IMG/VR virus record: IMGVR_UViG_3300044825_003205
Coordinates: 114,631-134,630 of that record
Origin: an uncultured virus (IMG/VR IMGVR_UViG_3300044825_003205)
Lineage: Duplodnaviria > Heunggongvirae > Uroviricota > Caudoviricetes
DNA: 20,000 nt
Reading direction: 5' to 3' (one strand)
The position numbers and the translations under genes are program-made. Shown here one piece after another: positions 1 through 9,129 of this stretch (the first letter of the stretch is position 1; the number at the start of each line of letters is the position of its first letter). Below the pieces are notes generated by a model. The model was not told the DNA's origin. It did no database searches and worked only from the letters and a program-made list of their open reading frames with translations.

Positions 1-444
1 GGATTCTCCTAATTTTATAAGATACTCTGCATCTTGTTCGTTGTCTTTGAGATGAACCATTTCATCATCTTTTTTTACAATGATTCCATCGTCTTCACCC
101 ATAGCTTTAAATACTCTAAGTATTTCTTCGTCAGATGCAGATGTCAAATCAATTGGTTCTTCCATGTCAGAATCTCCACTTGCGTCAAAATCAACTTCAA
201 CATCTTCTTCACCCTCTTCATCATCGGATGACATGTCTAAGTCAACATCAACTTCCTCCTCGGAATCAACATTGTCAGTGTCTAACTCATCTTCGTCTTG
301 TTCAGATAAAGACTCTTTTACTAATTGGCTGATTTCTTCCTTCATAGTAGAAGCAAGTATTCCTTTTGCATTTTCGGCAATAACATCTTCAACATTTTTC
401 ATTTGGATGAGTGCCTCTTCAACAAGATTTTTGTTTTCTTGCAT
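1..444 (-). CDS. Probable prohead core scaffold protein (T4 gp22-like position), 5' part only; runs off the window edge
   Basis: Not in the ORF track. I translated it from the ATG at 444 (minus): MQENKNLVEEALIQMKNVEDVIAENAKGILASTMKEEISQLVKESLSEQDEDELDTDNVDSEEEVDVD...EYLIKLGES, open for 148 codons to position 1. Very acidic, downstream of the prohead protease, preceded by TATTTAT. The function is inferred from position and composition. Confidence 0.7.
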   Translation of the reverse strand, partial: MQENKNLVEEALIQMKNVEDVIAENAKGILASTMKEEISQLVKESLSEQDEDELDTDNVDSEEEVDVDLDMSSDDEEGEEDVEVDFDASGDSDMEEPIDLTSASDEEILRVFKAMGEDDGIIVKKDDEMVHLKDNEQDAEYLIKLGES

Positions 445-531
445 AATTTTGATAATTTTATTCAATAAATAGTATCAAATAGAAAAAAAGTTTTGATTAT
501 CTATCAGAAATTCAAACTTTTATGTTTATGC

Positions 532-561
532 AAAAAAAAAGTGGTCGAATTTGACCACTTT
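532..561 (-). terminator. Rho-independent terminator after the 571..783 gene
   Basis: Minus strand reads AAAGTGGTC-AAATTC-GACCAC followed by T9. Confidence 0.8.
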
Positions 562-570
562 AAAATTTTT

Positions 571-783
571 TTAATCTTCTACAACCTCGTCTATTTTACT
601 TTCGGAAACTGAAGTTATTCTCCAATCGTATGAAAAATTTTTATAAAGTTTTGTAACCTTAGCTTCAATATCAGTGACAGTATATCCTTTCACTAATTTT
701 TCTTCTCTGATTTTTTTAATTTTACCACTATTCTCATCAGGTAAATCATAAGTGACTTTTGCCACAAAATATTTTTCGTTCAT
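571..783 (-). CDS. Small protein resembling a single DUF4494-like unit
   Basis: 70 aa. The pattern YFVAKVTY...ENSGKIKKIREEKLVKGYTVTDIEAKV...WRITSVSESKIDEV resembles Bacteroidota DUF4494 proteins as I recall them. Starts 6 nt after the protease stop. Confidence 0.55.
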   Translation of the reverse strand: MNEKYFVAKVTYDLPDENSGKIKKIREEKLVKGYTVTDIEAKVTKLYKNFSYDWRITSVSESKIDEVVED

Positions 784-789
784 GTTTAA

Positions 790-1512
790 TTATTTTGATA
801 AATAATCGGATAATTTTTTCATTAAATCAATAGACTGGTTTACACTTGGAGCCGAAGCAATTTTATTCTTTTTTTCCTCCTCCAAATTTTCTTCATACTT
901 TTCTCTCTCAGTTACGTCGTCAAAGAGGTAAGCTCCTGGTGTGGAAGGTGATGAAACCAAATCGAAACAAATTAATTCAAAATCTTCTTGCACTTCATTT
1001 CTTTCACCTACTTTTTTTAAAGACCCTACTCCTCTTGAGGAAATTCCTAAAGTCACCCCTTGTCTTAATAGATTTGCTGCAATGTCTCCTTTGGTTGTTA
1101 CTACACCTCTTTCATGAAACCCTGGTGAAGTAAGTAATTTTAGTTTACCCATTAGGATATTTCTATCCCACCATATGTCTGTGATTAAATGCGATACTCT
1201 ATCTAAGTCTATCAAAGAAGATTCAGGATGATTAAGTTCAGAAGTTGAAAGTCCTTTCTTAATTATTTGTTTATACTTCTCGGCTTCTCTTTTGAGTATT
1301 GGTTCAGGATATGTTCTACCATTTCTATTTGGTGTATTATATTTCTGTAATACTGCATAAAATTCAAAAGGGTTTCTATAATCTACATTCTTAGACTCAT
1401 TCATAAACTTGAGGTTTATATCATCCAACGGAGATATATAACCTGCGTCCATTTCAACCAAAATTCCAAACCCTTGTTCGTGTGCTTCTAATATTCTGAG
1501 TTTTTTTTCCAT
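790..1512 (-). CDS. Prohead core protease (T4 gp21-like)
   Basis: Family motifs NRNGRTYP, ELNHP, IDLDRVSHLIT, LGISSRGVGS and FDLVSSPSTPGAY; lies in the portal/terminase module. Confidence 0.95.
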   Translation of the reverse strand: MEKKLRILEAHEQGFGILVEMDAGYISPLDDINLKFMNESKNVDYRNPFEFYAVLQKYNTPNRNGRTYPEPILKREAEKYKQIIKKGLSTSELNHPESSLIDLDRVSHLITDIWWDRNILMGKLKLLTSPGFHERGVVTTKGDIAANLLRQGVTLGISSRGVGSLKKVGERNEVQEDFELICFDLVSSPSTPGAYLFDDVTEREKYEENLEEEKKNKIASAPSVNQSIDLMKKLSDYLSK

Positions 1513-1548
1513 TAACTTTTTTAAATAAATATTTGTTTTAAGTAATAC

Positions 1549-1977
1549 TTACTTTTTCGTCAAAGAAAAATCGAAATACTGATTGTCCAAGATATTAGTT
1601 TTTTGAATGCTACGAACAATTCTTTTTACAGAATCTTTGATTTCATTAGACTTAAAATCAAGTTCTTTATCCAAATAAAGATTAATTTCTAAATTGAAAA
1701 ATGACTTTTTACCCGAAAAAATACCACTTGTTCTTAAGTCTAAATCTACAATTGAATTTTTACTAAATAAATTCGTATTGATTGAATCGAATACTGTGTG
1801 TTTGAGTTCTCTACTTAAATTGCCAACAACTCTATTCCAATTTTCTAAGTCTTGTTTGGGTGAAACCCATGATTGTATGTTAATGTAAAGTGATTTTAAG
1901 TTTTTGGAGTCTACCGTGCCATATGAAGATTTGAACGAGTTTGATAAATTCATCTTCACATTTTTTCCTTTTTTCAT
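1549..1977 (-). CDS. Hypothetical protein (142 aa)
   Basis: Intact ORF filling the gap between bS21 and the protease; no motif recognised. Confidence 0.75.
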   Translation of the reverse strand: MKKGKNVKMNLSNSFKSSYGTVDSKNLKSLYINIQSWVSPKQDLENWNRVVGNLSRELKHTVFDSINTNLFSKNSIVDLDLRTSGIFSGKKSFFNLEINLYLDKELDFKSNEIKDSVKRIVRSIQKTNILDNQYFDFSLTKK

Positions 1978-2008
1978 CTATGAACCATATTTCCAAAGTT
2001 TATTTTTA

Positions 2009-2040
2009 AAAAGATAACATATAACTTTATCTATGTCAAA
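2009..2040 (-). promoter_or_regulatory. Bacteroidota sigma70-like promoter for the 1549..1977 gene
   Basis: TTTG (2040-2037), 20-nt spacer, TATCTTTT (2016-2009); one mismatch to TAnnTTTG. Confidence 0.45.
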
Positions 2041-2057
2041 ATTTTAAGAATAAACTA

Positions 2058-2066
2058 TATATTTGT
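2058..2066 (+). promoter_or_regulatory. Candidate promoter element for bS21
   Basis: TATATTTG (2058-2065) matches the Bacteroidota -7 element TAnnTTTG and overlaps TATTTGT, a one-mismatch variant of TATTTAT. No clear -33 TTTG. Confidence 0.4.
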
Positions 2067-2071
2067 AATAT

Positions 2072-2257
2072 ATGTTGATAATAGAAATTAAAAATAATGG
2101 AGGGATAGAAAAAGCCCTGAAAACTTTGAAGTCCAAAGTAATTAAGACGAAGCAACAAAAATTACTCACGGAGAGAAAGGAGTATACTAAAAAGTCAGTC
2201 AAAGAAAGAAGTGAAAGACTCAAAGCGATATATGTTCAGAAAAAAAGAAACAATTAA
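2072..2257 (+). CDS. rpsU: Phage-encoded 30S ribosomal protein bS21 (Bacteroidota type)
   Basis: 61-aa basic protein MLIIEIK..IEKALK.LK.K..KT....L..RKEYTKKSV..R...LKAIYVQ follows the bS21 pattern, with the MLII start typical of Flavobacteriia. Confidence 0.9.
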   Translation: MLIIEIKNNGGIEKALKTLKSKVIKTKQQKLLTERKEYTKKSVKERSERLKAIYVQKKRNN

Positions 2258-2958
2258 ATTGATTCTTCAAGTTTTTTCAATCTCAAAAAATTAATTTGAT
2301 TGAACTTGTCATTCTGGATTTTGTCTATTGTTTCTTGAATCTTTTGTTTAGTCTCCAAATCTGTCTCGTTTTCTAAAACAGGGGAAAGTTTTTGTAAAGT
2401 TTTTTCTTTTAATGAATTGAACCTACTTTCTAAAGATTCACTATCTTCTTTGATTAATTCAAAAAATTCCTTTTTTGTATTTTCATCTAAAGATTCAATG
2501 TAATTTTGTACTGTTTGATTAGCAACTCTAACCATCGTACTCAAAGGGATGTTGATTGGTTTCTGATTTTTAATCTCGGATTCGCTGAGTGTTTTGTAAA
2601 GTTTTTTCTTCAAATTAACTCTTTCAGTTAAGTCTATTTTCTTATTCAAATATACTAAGTCATCAATATCCTGATACCTATTTTGAATTTTGGTTTCGGT
2701 CATCAACTTAGGTAGTTTAATATGTTGTAGAAGTGATTGTATCATTTGTATTCCTTCGTTCACAAATTCTTTAGCGTCTTGTTCATTCAAACCTTTTGGA
2801 TTCGACAACTCGTCATATAAAGAATATACTTTGGACAAATCTTTATTATTGAGAATATTCTGTTTGAATTCCATCAAACTTTTCTTGAAAGATTTTTCAT
2901 CTTTATAAGATTCTATCAAACTATTTTCTATTACCGATTTAATGAGCCCAAAAGTCAT
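2254..2958 (-). CDS. Hypothetical helical protein in the head module (234 aa)
   Basis: Intact K/E/L-rich ORF directly downstream of the portal gene, with its own TATTTAT element. Confidence 0.8.
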   Translation of the reverse strand: MTFGLIKSVIENSLIESYKDEKSFKKSLMEFKQNILNNKDLSKVYSLYDELSNPKGLNEQDAKEFVNEGIQMIQSLLQHIKLPKLMTETKIQNRYQDIDDLVYLNKKIDLTERVNLKKKLYKTLSESEIKNQKPINIPLSTMVRVANQTVQNYIESLDENTKKEFFELIKEDSESLESRFNSLKEKTLQKLSPVLENETDLETKQKIQETIDKIQNDKFNQINFLRLKKLEESI

Positions 2959-2982
2959 ATATTTGTGATTTGAATATAAATA

Positions 2983-4812
2983 TTACGAATTTAATAACTT
3001 ATCTAATTCTTTTTCGATTTCACCTAAAGAATCTTGTCCTTGGTTAAGTTCAAGGTAAGTATCACCCTTGAAAATGTTATTTTCTACTAAAATATTCATT
3101 CTCTCATCTTGTCCCTCAGGTGTCACCCCAGCAGGAGCGGTAATCTCGCCTTCAGGTTGTGGTTCAGGTGCTGGTGGTATAGTTGGTTCTTCCGTTCCCG
3201 CAAATGCCCCACCTAATTCAGGTGCCGCACCTGCAGTTGCCGCGGTTGATGTATTTCCACTTGATTGTGAATACAACTTATCAATAGTGTCAAATAATCC
3301 AGTTTTACTTATTACTGTTGGTGTTTGTTTGAGTTCTTCACCAATAGCTCTTTCCAATCTTTGTTGCATCAAATCTACTTTGATTTCTTCGTCAGACCAA
3401 CCAAATATATGTTTTTTTGCCCATGTACTAGATGTTGGCTGAATTCCATTTCCTGGGTCTAAAACCAAGTCTTTATACAAAAGAACTTTTTCTTTCCAAA
3501 CATCTATCTTTAATAAATCAGCTTGTGTAGAAGGATTAGTCAATCCAAGTGTAAAATTAGAAATTTCATCTTCGAACCCCAAAAGAAACAAATGAATGAT
3601 TGCAATCTTGTTCAATTCCTGAATCATGCATTTTTGAATTCTGTTGATTGTTCTTGCAAAACGAATGTCTTGAAGTGACAAGTTTTTACCATCACCCACT
3701 ACTTGTTCAAATCCCAAGAAAGCCTTTGGAACACGAAGAGCTGTCAAAAGTTTTTTCTGAATATATTCAATATCGGCAATTTCTGACAGGTTTTGTGCAC
3801 CAGCCAAAGTTTCAATTGGACTTGGGGATGCAGGGTCTCTTACAGGGACAAAATAATCTTGGTCTACCGCCATTTGATTAAACCTTAAATCTACGTTACC
3901 TGTTTTGGAATCAACGATTTGTTGTCTTTTGAATTTATCAGCAACACGATTTACATATGCCTCAACATCATTATCATCCATATTTCCCACAAAAATCTTA
4001 AAAATTCTTCTTTCAGGTGCTCGTGATGTTCTATAAATCATCATTGCGTCTTCAGATAAAAGCAGTTGTTTCCAAATTCTCCTAGCCTTCTCTAACATCG
4101 ATGTTCCGTAGGGAAGTTTCCTATCATCACCAAGTAATCTAAAGTGACCAACTTCCCACGTTTGAAAAACCATATTTTTAGATTTCCATTCAAAAGTCAA
4201 AGCTTTCTTTGCTTCGGACTTTCCTAAATTGACAGCATTTTTATCGGTAACCCCGATTTCATGTCTTTCAATTTCTATGTTTGGTAATTGTTGACATCCT
4301 ACAATACCCTTTTCAGGGTCTAATTTAAGATAAATAAAATTATCACCGAACTTACAAGTATTTCTTGTCCACATCGGTAAATTTGTGTTGATATCGAGTG
4401 TATTATTGAACAAATCTGCCAAAACCGCTTTTATTCTTTTCGATTCAGAATAAATTTGTAACATAAACCCATCTTCATTTACCGTAGTAGATTCCTCGGC
4501 ATATATGTCCAAAGCCGCAGATATTTCTGGCGTATACTCCATGGACTCATAATCATACGTAGCCGAAAGTCTTGAAGGTTCGTAAAATATTGCTTGAGTA
4601 TATAGATTGTTTTCAACTTTAGCCCATTGATTTGCAATATAATAAGTTTGTTGAGCTTGTAGTTTTTCTCTTTCGTATTCTCCTCTATCTTGTGTTCTTA
4701 ATAATTCTTTTTTGTCGAATTTAAAAGTTGGGTAATCCTGGCCCAAAAGAGAATTTGGACCAAACGCTTTACCTAATCTTTGCCAAATCGTCAGATTGTT
4801 ATTTTCCGCCAT
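2983..4812 (-). CDS. Portal protein (T4 gp20-like)
   Basis: Motifs PEISAALDIYAEE, WKQLLLSEDAMMIYRTSRAPERRIFKIFVGN, DYFVPVR, IETLAGAQNLSEIADIEYIQKKLLTALRVPK and DIRFARTINRIQ. Confidence 0.95.
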   Translation of the reverse strand: MAENNNLTIWQRLGKAFGPNSLLGQDYPTFKFDKKELLRTQDRGEYEREKLQAQQTYYIANQWAKVENNLYTQAIFYEPSRLSATYDYESMEYTPEISAALDIYAEESTTVNEDGFMLQIYSESKRIKAVLADLFNNTLDINTNLPMWTRNTCKFGDNFIYLKLDPEKGIVGCQQLPNIEIERHEIGVTDKNAVNLGKSEAKKALTFEWKSKNMVFQTWEVGHFRLLGDDRKLPYGTSMLEKARRIWKQLLLSEDAMMIYRTSRAPERRIFKIFVGNMDDNDVEAYVNRVADKFKRQQIVDSKTGNVDLRFNQMAVDQDYFVPVRDPASPSPIETLAGAQNLSEIADIEYIQKKLLTALRVPKAFLGFEQVVGDGKNLSLQDIRFARTINRIQKCMIQELNKIAIIHLFLLGFEDEISNFTLGLTNPSTQADLLKIDVWKEKVLLYKDLVLDPGNGIQPTSSTWAKKHIFGWSDEEIKVDLMQQRLERAIGEELKQTPTVISKTGLFDTIDKLYSQSSGNTSTAATAGAAPELGGAFAGTEEPTIPPAPEPQPEGEITAPAGVTPEGQDERMNILVENNIFKGDTYLELNQGQDSLGEIEKELDKLLNS

Positions 4813-4852
4813 TTTACAATTTTAGTTTTACCTATTGATAATATAAATAGTT

Positions 4853-6610
4853 CTAATTAGTAAACAACCATCTATATTTCTCATAGTCATCTCTCGACGG
4901 TCCTTGGTTTGGAAAATGTTGTCTTTTTTGGTCTGTTTGAGGCATCATTGGATTGAAAAATTGTGATGAGTTTTTGTTCTCATTTATCGAAGTTGCCCAA
5001 GAATCAATCATTGCCTTTGTATGATTCAAATTTTTTGTAAGTTTTTGAAAAGATTTTTCTGCAACATATGTTGCCATAGATATGCCCATAATACAATCGT
5101 CATGATGTCCCTTTTGATGGTCAGGTCTTCCATTAATATAAACAAAAGTATTCATTTCGTTATATAATCTGTGAGACCTAACTTTAAATCCATGTCGAAC
5201 ATTTTCTTCGAATGACGCAATAATTTGTACTCTTTTACTATTGAAATTTATTCCAGGAATTTTCTCATTTATCTTTGGGTCCCATTTCCACTTGTTTGCG
5301 GTATCCACCGTATCAACATACAGTCCTTTGTAGTTCAATTCTTGTAATTTTCTTGCCGTTGCCACTCCCATACCACCTGTAAGGTCAACAACACAAAATG
5401 CGTCATACATGGTTCCCCACTTATACGCTATTTCAGCAACAACATCTGGTGGTACTTTAGCAACGTATTCTAAAACTTGTTCATTCTCATCAAAATCGAT
5501 AATTTCTATACAAGAAAAATCTTCTGAGTCCCCTCTCGATACATCTACACCCATAATGTACTTGTGTCCGACAACAGGTTCTTTCCAAATCCATAGAGCT
5601 CCACCCATCAGTTTAGCTCCGGGTTCTTGGAGTGTATTTTGTGCAATATTTTGAAGTATTTCAGATTCAAAGACGTTATCACCTGAACCCAAAAAGTTAC
5701 ACTCTAATTCCTGAGCAACTTTTCTTCTATCATACTTCAATTTTTTTACCATCCCCTCAAACCAAGAAGAACATGGTTTATATCCTTGTTTAATGTAATC
5801 TGTGACAACAGAATGGTCACGTTCATAAGGGTTTGCAACTGAAAGACTTATGACAGCATCTGTTGAATATTCTTCTTTGTTTAGTAAAAAATGAACCAAA
5901 TCATTCGTTTTGACCATGTACAAATCTTTTGTATACCTTGGGTCACGATACCAAAACATCTCAGATATTTTGAAATCGTTCATACTTCTCAAGGCTTGGT
6001 CATATATTTCATAGTAAATCGGGTCATACCCGTTTGGTGTAGAAACAACAATAACTTTACCACCTGTAGAAAGTGATGCCATACATGCCGACCAAAAATC
6101 ACCGTCAGCGTCTATGAACGCAGCTTCATCAAAAATAAGAATTGTTGGAGTATAACCTCTTAAAGCATCCTTTGATGTTGCGACCGCTTTTACCTCACAA
6201 TCATTTGTTAGTTTGAAATGTCTTTGAGAATTTTTTTCTTGTGAAAAACCAACACCAACCCAATTAGGCCACTGTTCTGTAAATGACCTAATTTTGTTAG
6301 CCATTTCCATAGAAGTATCCAACTTGTTTGCAATTATGAGAACCTTTTCAGGTTTTTGTTTTTTTGCAAAAACTAATTTTTTTGATGCCCAAGCAGCAGT
6401 AACTGTAGAAACGCCTGCCTGTCTATATTTGAGGGCAATGTTTTCGTTAAAATTTTCGTAGTCTTCTATTAATGAAACTTGGTCAGGAAATAAATCTAAA
6501 GGGACATACTTAGAAACCGTGTTATCATAGGTTTGTAAGTATGTCCTTAATGCGTATGGCGTATTTCTGATACATTTAGTAACCTCAATAATTAATTGTT
6601 CTTTGGTCAC
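4853..6610 (-). CDS. terL: Terminase large subunit (T4 gp17-like)
   Basis: GTG start. Walker A region KYRQAGVST, Walker B ILIFDEAAF, coupling motif VVSTPNG, QELEC, and RNase H-like nuclease acids GVDVSRG..D and HHDDCIM. Confidence 0.95.
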   Translation of the reverse strand: MTKEQLIIEVTKCIRNTPYALRTYLQTYDNTVSKYVPLDLFPDQVSLIEDYENFNENIALKYRQAGVSTVTAAWASKKLVFAKKQKPEKVLIIANKLDTSMEMANKIRSFTEQWPNWVGVGFSQEKNSQRHFKLTNDCEVKAVATSKDALRGYTPTILIFDEAAFIDADGDFWSACMASLSTGGKVIVVSTPNGYDPIYYEIYDQALRSMNDFKISEMFWYRDPRYTKDLYMVKTNDLVHFLLNKEEYSTDAVISLSVANPYERDHSVVTDYIKQGYKPCSSWFEGMVKKLKYDRRKVAQELECNFLGSGDNVFESEILQNIAQNTLQEPGAKLMGGALWIWKEPVVGHKYIMGVDVSRGDSEDFSCIEIIDFDENEQVLEYVAKVPPDVVAEIAYKWGTMYDAFCVVDLTGGMGVATARKLQELNYKGLYVDTVDTANKWKWDPKINEKIPGINFNSKRVQIIASFEENVRHGFKVRSHRLYNEMNTFVYINGRPDHQKGHHDDCIMGISMATYVAEKSFQKLTKNLNHTKAMIDSWATSINENKNSSQFFNPMMPQTDQKRQHFPNQGPSRDDYEKYRWLFTN

Positions 6611-6619
6611 AATTTTTTT

Positions 6620-7924
6620 TTAAGTTAGGGATATTCCCAATCCACCCAAGAAATCTTTTAAGTCGTCATCGTCAACGTCATCAGAGTTAGGTTCTTCTCC
6701 CTTACTTTTTTTATAAGAATCATACTCTTCTTTCATTTTCATAGCCTCTTTCATCAACTCTTCAAATCTTCTTGTGGCTTTTTTATTTTTTGATTCATCA
6801 GCAGAAATTACGTCACCAATTAAATTCAAGAATTCCTTAGCATTTATTTTGTATAATTCTACCTTGAACCAATTTATTAATCCTTTATTTGAATCATTGA
6901 ACATCTCATCAGGTAACACCATTCTAAGTTTTTCAACTATTTCTGGACCTATCCTGAGTTGCATTGGTTCGTTCGATAATAAATCTGTCTGACCCATTAC
7001 TTTTTGTGCCAACTCGGTATCTTGAGGTAAACCATGTCTTCCTGCAGACTCTTCAATACCTTTGATAATCTCATGACAAAGAATAGGGAAAATTAAACCA
7101 TCTGCAACAATTTTTGTATCAGGTTTTTCCTCACCTTCATCACCACCGCCTTCTTCATCATCTGAATCATTGTCTTGTAGTTCAACTTTACCAGCAACAC
7201 CATTTCCAGTTTGGCTCATCATTTCAATCATTTGTTCCATAGTGAAATAAAGGAAATCATTGATTGCCATAATACCCAAATAAGCAGGATATAATCTTGT
7301 ATCAATTCTATCTAATTCTGCTCTTATTTCAGGTTTTTGAAATATATAATGACCTTTTTTAGCTGCTCCTTGGATGATGGCATTTATTATATTTCTTTTG
7401 TGTTTTTCTAATTCAAATATTTCTTCGTCTGTCAAATCCTCAACCTCAAATGAAGGAATTTGTAATTTATTTTCTTCATCATCATCTTCATCTTCCTTTT
7501 CTTCTTCAGGTTGGTATCTGAAGTTAGAAACATCAATTGGTTGCCTATTCAACCTTGCAACTATCTCATACCAATCACTTGGGACTTCAGTTTCTTCTAA
7601 ACACGCCTCTATCGCCAAGTTTTCCAATTCTTCCCTATGTCTGCCCTCAATTTGCATTATCGTTGGTACTTTAGACATCATCTCTCTATAAATCATTGCT
7701 TGGACCTGTTGCGAACTAATATTTTGATTTCCTGTAACCTCTTTCAACTTATCAGCAACTTTACCAAATCTTGAACTTACTAATCTTTGTACATCATCGG
7801 AACCCTTTTTGAATGAAGGATTGTCCGAATAAATGTTTTCACCTGACCTCAACTTTCTTTCTAAATTAGGGTCCATTCTTTCAGGTCTATTTCCGTAATC
7901 TATTTGTTCTTTTATTTTAGCCAT
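6620..7924 (-). CDS. Hypothetical acidic protein (434 aa), probably virion or head related
   Basis: Long ORF with D/E tracts, tightly packed upstream of terL. Confidence 0.8.
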   Translation of the reverse strand: MAKIKEQIDYGNRPERMDPNLERKLRSGENIYSDNPSFKKGSDDVQRLVSSRFGKVADKLKEVTGNQNISSQQVQAMIYREMMSKVPTIMQIEGRHREELENLAIEACLEETEVPSDWYEIVARLNRQPIDVSNFRYQPEEEKEDEDDDEENKLQIPSFEVEDLTDEEIFELEKHKRNIINAIIQGAAKKGHYIFQKPEIRAELDRIDTRLYPAYLGIMAINDFLYFTMEQMIEMMSQTGNGVAGKVELQDNDSDDEEGGGDEGEEKPDTKIVADGLIFPILCHEIIKGIEESAGRHGLPQDTELAQKVMGQTDLLSNEPMQLRIGPEIVEKLRMVLPDEMFNDSNKGLINWFKVELYKINAKEFLNLIGDVISADESKNKKATRRFEELMKEAMKMKEEYDSYKKSKGEEPNSDDVDDDDLKDFLGGLGISLT

Positions 7925-8762
7925 TTTTCAAAATTTTTACTATAGCATCTATCACTGCAGATTTAGCTTCCTCAGGATTTTTAGCCTTTGGAGCAGGATT
8001 AACTTTTGGATTAGGATTTCTGCCTGGGTGACCAGGTTTTATTTTTGGTGGATTTTTGGTGCCAGGTTTGGGTTCCTTAACACCTGGTTTTGGCGCGACT
8101 TTTGGTTCCGCTTCAACCAAATAGTTCATCAAATCCTTCTTTGTAATTTTAGGTGGTAAGTGAGATTCTACAAGTTTCATAATTTTTTCCTCCAAGAACA
8201 AAGATACGGGATTTTTTCCTTCTCCTAATTGTTTTTTTACTTGCTTAACACATCTTTCCCATTTTCTCGATTTTTTTGGTCCCACTTGAGAATGACAAAT
8301 AGCCCATGCATTATTTTCTTTTTTTGATTCTGTCATACCAACAGAACTCAAATTTTTGTTTTTCTCGTTAGTATCGTCATCCATACCATCATTAGCTTCG
8401 TCGCTTTGGTCTTCGGGTGGCAATTGACCATTAACTTTTTGAGTCAAATCTTGTTGTACCAAATCATCATCGTCATCTTCATTTACTTCTTCAGTTGGAG
8501 TAGCCTTAATTCCTGTTGCTGTTTTTTGTATTGATAACTTTTTTCCTGCTTCCGTGGGTGGTAATGTTACACCTTTCTCGGCATCTGCCGTCGGAATATT
8601 ATAAGAAGTTGTTGTTGTTTGTGTAATCGCTTCTCCTAATAATTTTGAATGTAAAATAGAAATTTGCCCTTCATTAAGTTTTGAAACTGTTTTGGAGGAC
8701 AACCCTTTTTCAATTAGTTCTAAGGCTTTTTTATTAACTTTCATATACAACCTTTTTTTCAA
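7917..8762 (-). CDS. Hypothetical protein with acidic middle and Pro/Lys-rich C-terminus
   Basis: Intact ORF; the real start is probably the ATG at 8744 (MKVNKK). Contains the small motif NAWAICHSQVG...WERCVKQVK. Overlaps the next gene by 8 nt. Confidence 0.75.
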   Translation of the reverse strand: MKKRLYMKVNKKALELIEKGLSSKTVSKLNEGQISILHSKLLGEAITQTTTTSYNIPTADAEKGVTLPPTEAGKKLSIQKTATGIKATPTEEVNEDDDDDLVQQDLTQKVNGQLPPEDQSDEANDGMDDDTNEKNKNLSSVGMTESKKENNAWAICHSQVGPKKSRKWERCVKQVKKQLGEGKNPVSLFLEEKIMKLVESHLPPKITKKDLMNYLVEAEPKVAPKPGVKEPKPGTKNPPKIKPGHPGRNPNPKVNPAPKAKNPEEAKSAVIDAIVKILKNG

Positions 8763-9129
8763 ACTCGAGAATTAAATCATTCTCGTATAATTTATCTTTG
8801 ATATCTTTTTCGGTTTCTCCGAAACGAAACACTAGTCTTTTTTTGTGAGTTTCATCTTCCTTTTCCCAAGCCATTGCAACAACATCGTCCATTGCATCGA
8901 CCATCGAAAAATAATCGGAGTTCTGAATCAACTCCAATTTTAACTCGGTGTTTTTCAGAACTCCTACTCTTTTAATATATTTCAACTCAGGTGGATGTGG
9001 ATATGAATTTGATGGTTTACTTTCCCAAGATTCTCCCCAAACATCCGTAGTATCAGAAAAAATAAATTCGTATAAATTATCTCCTTTATAATCAGGACCA
9101 AGTCCATTTATAAAAATTAAATAACTCAT
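8734..9129 (-). CDS. Hypothetical protein (131 aa)
   Basis: ATGA start/stop overlap with the upstream gene at 9126-9129; globular-looking sequence. Confidence 0.8.
   Translation of the reverse strand: MSYLIFINGLGPDYKGDNLYEFIFSDTTDVWGESWESKPSNSYPHPPELKYIKRVGVLKNTELKLELIQNSDYFSMVDAMDDVVAMAWEKEDETHKKRLVFRFGETEKDIKDKLYENDLILEFEKKVVYES

Noticed and set aside
34..472. Plus-strand ORFs 34..231, 80..472 and 135..332
   Set aside because: Antisense shadows of the acidic minus-strand gene starting at 444; the Ser-rich 80..472 frame mirrors its Asp/Glu codons.
4853..6610. Intron or intein in terminase or portal
   Set aside because: Both ORFs are continuous and of ordinary size, with no intein or homing-endonuclease motifs seen.
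7055..7085. LCHEIIKG in the 434-aa protein as a metalloprotease motif
   Set aside because: It is HExxK and lacks the second His.
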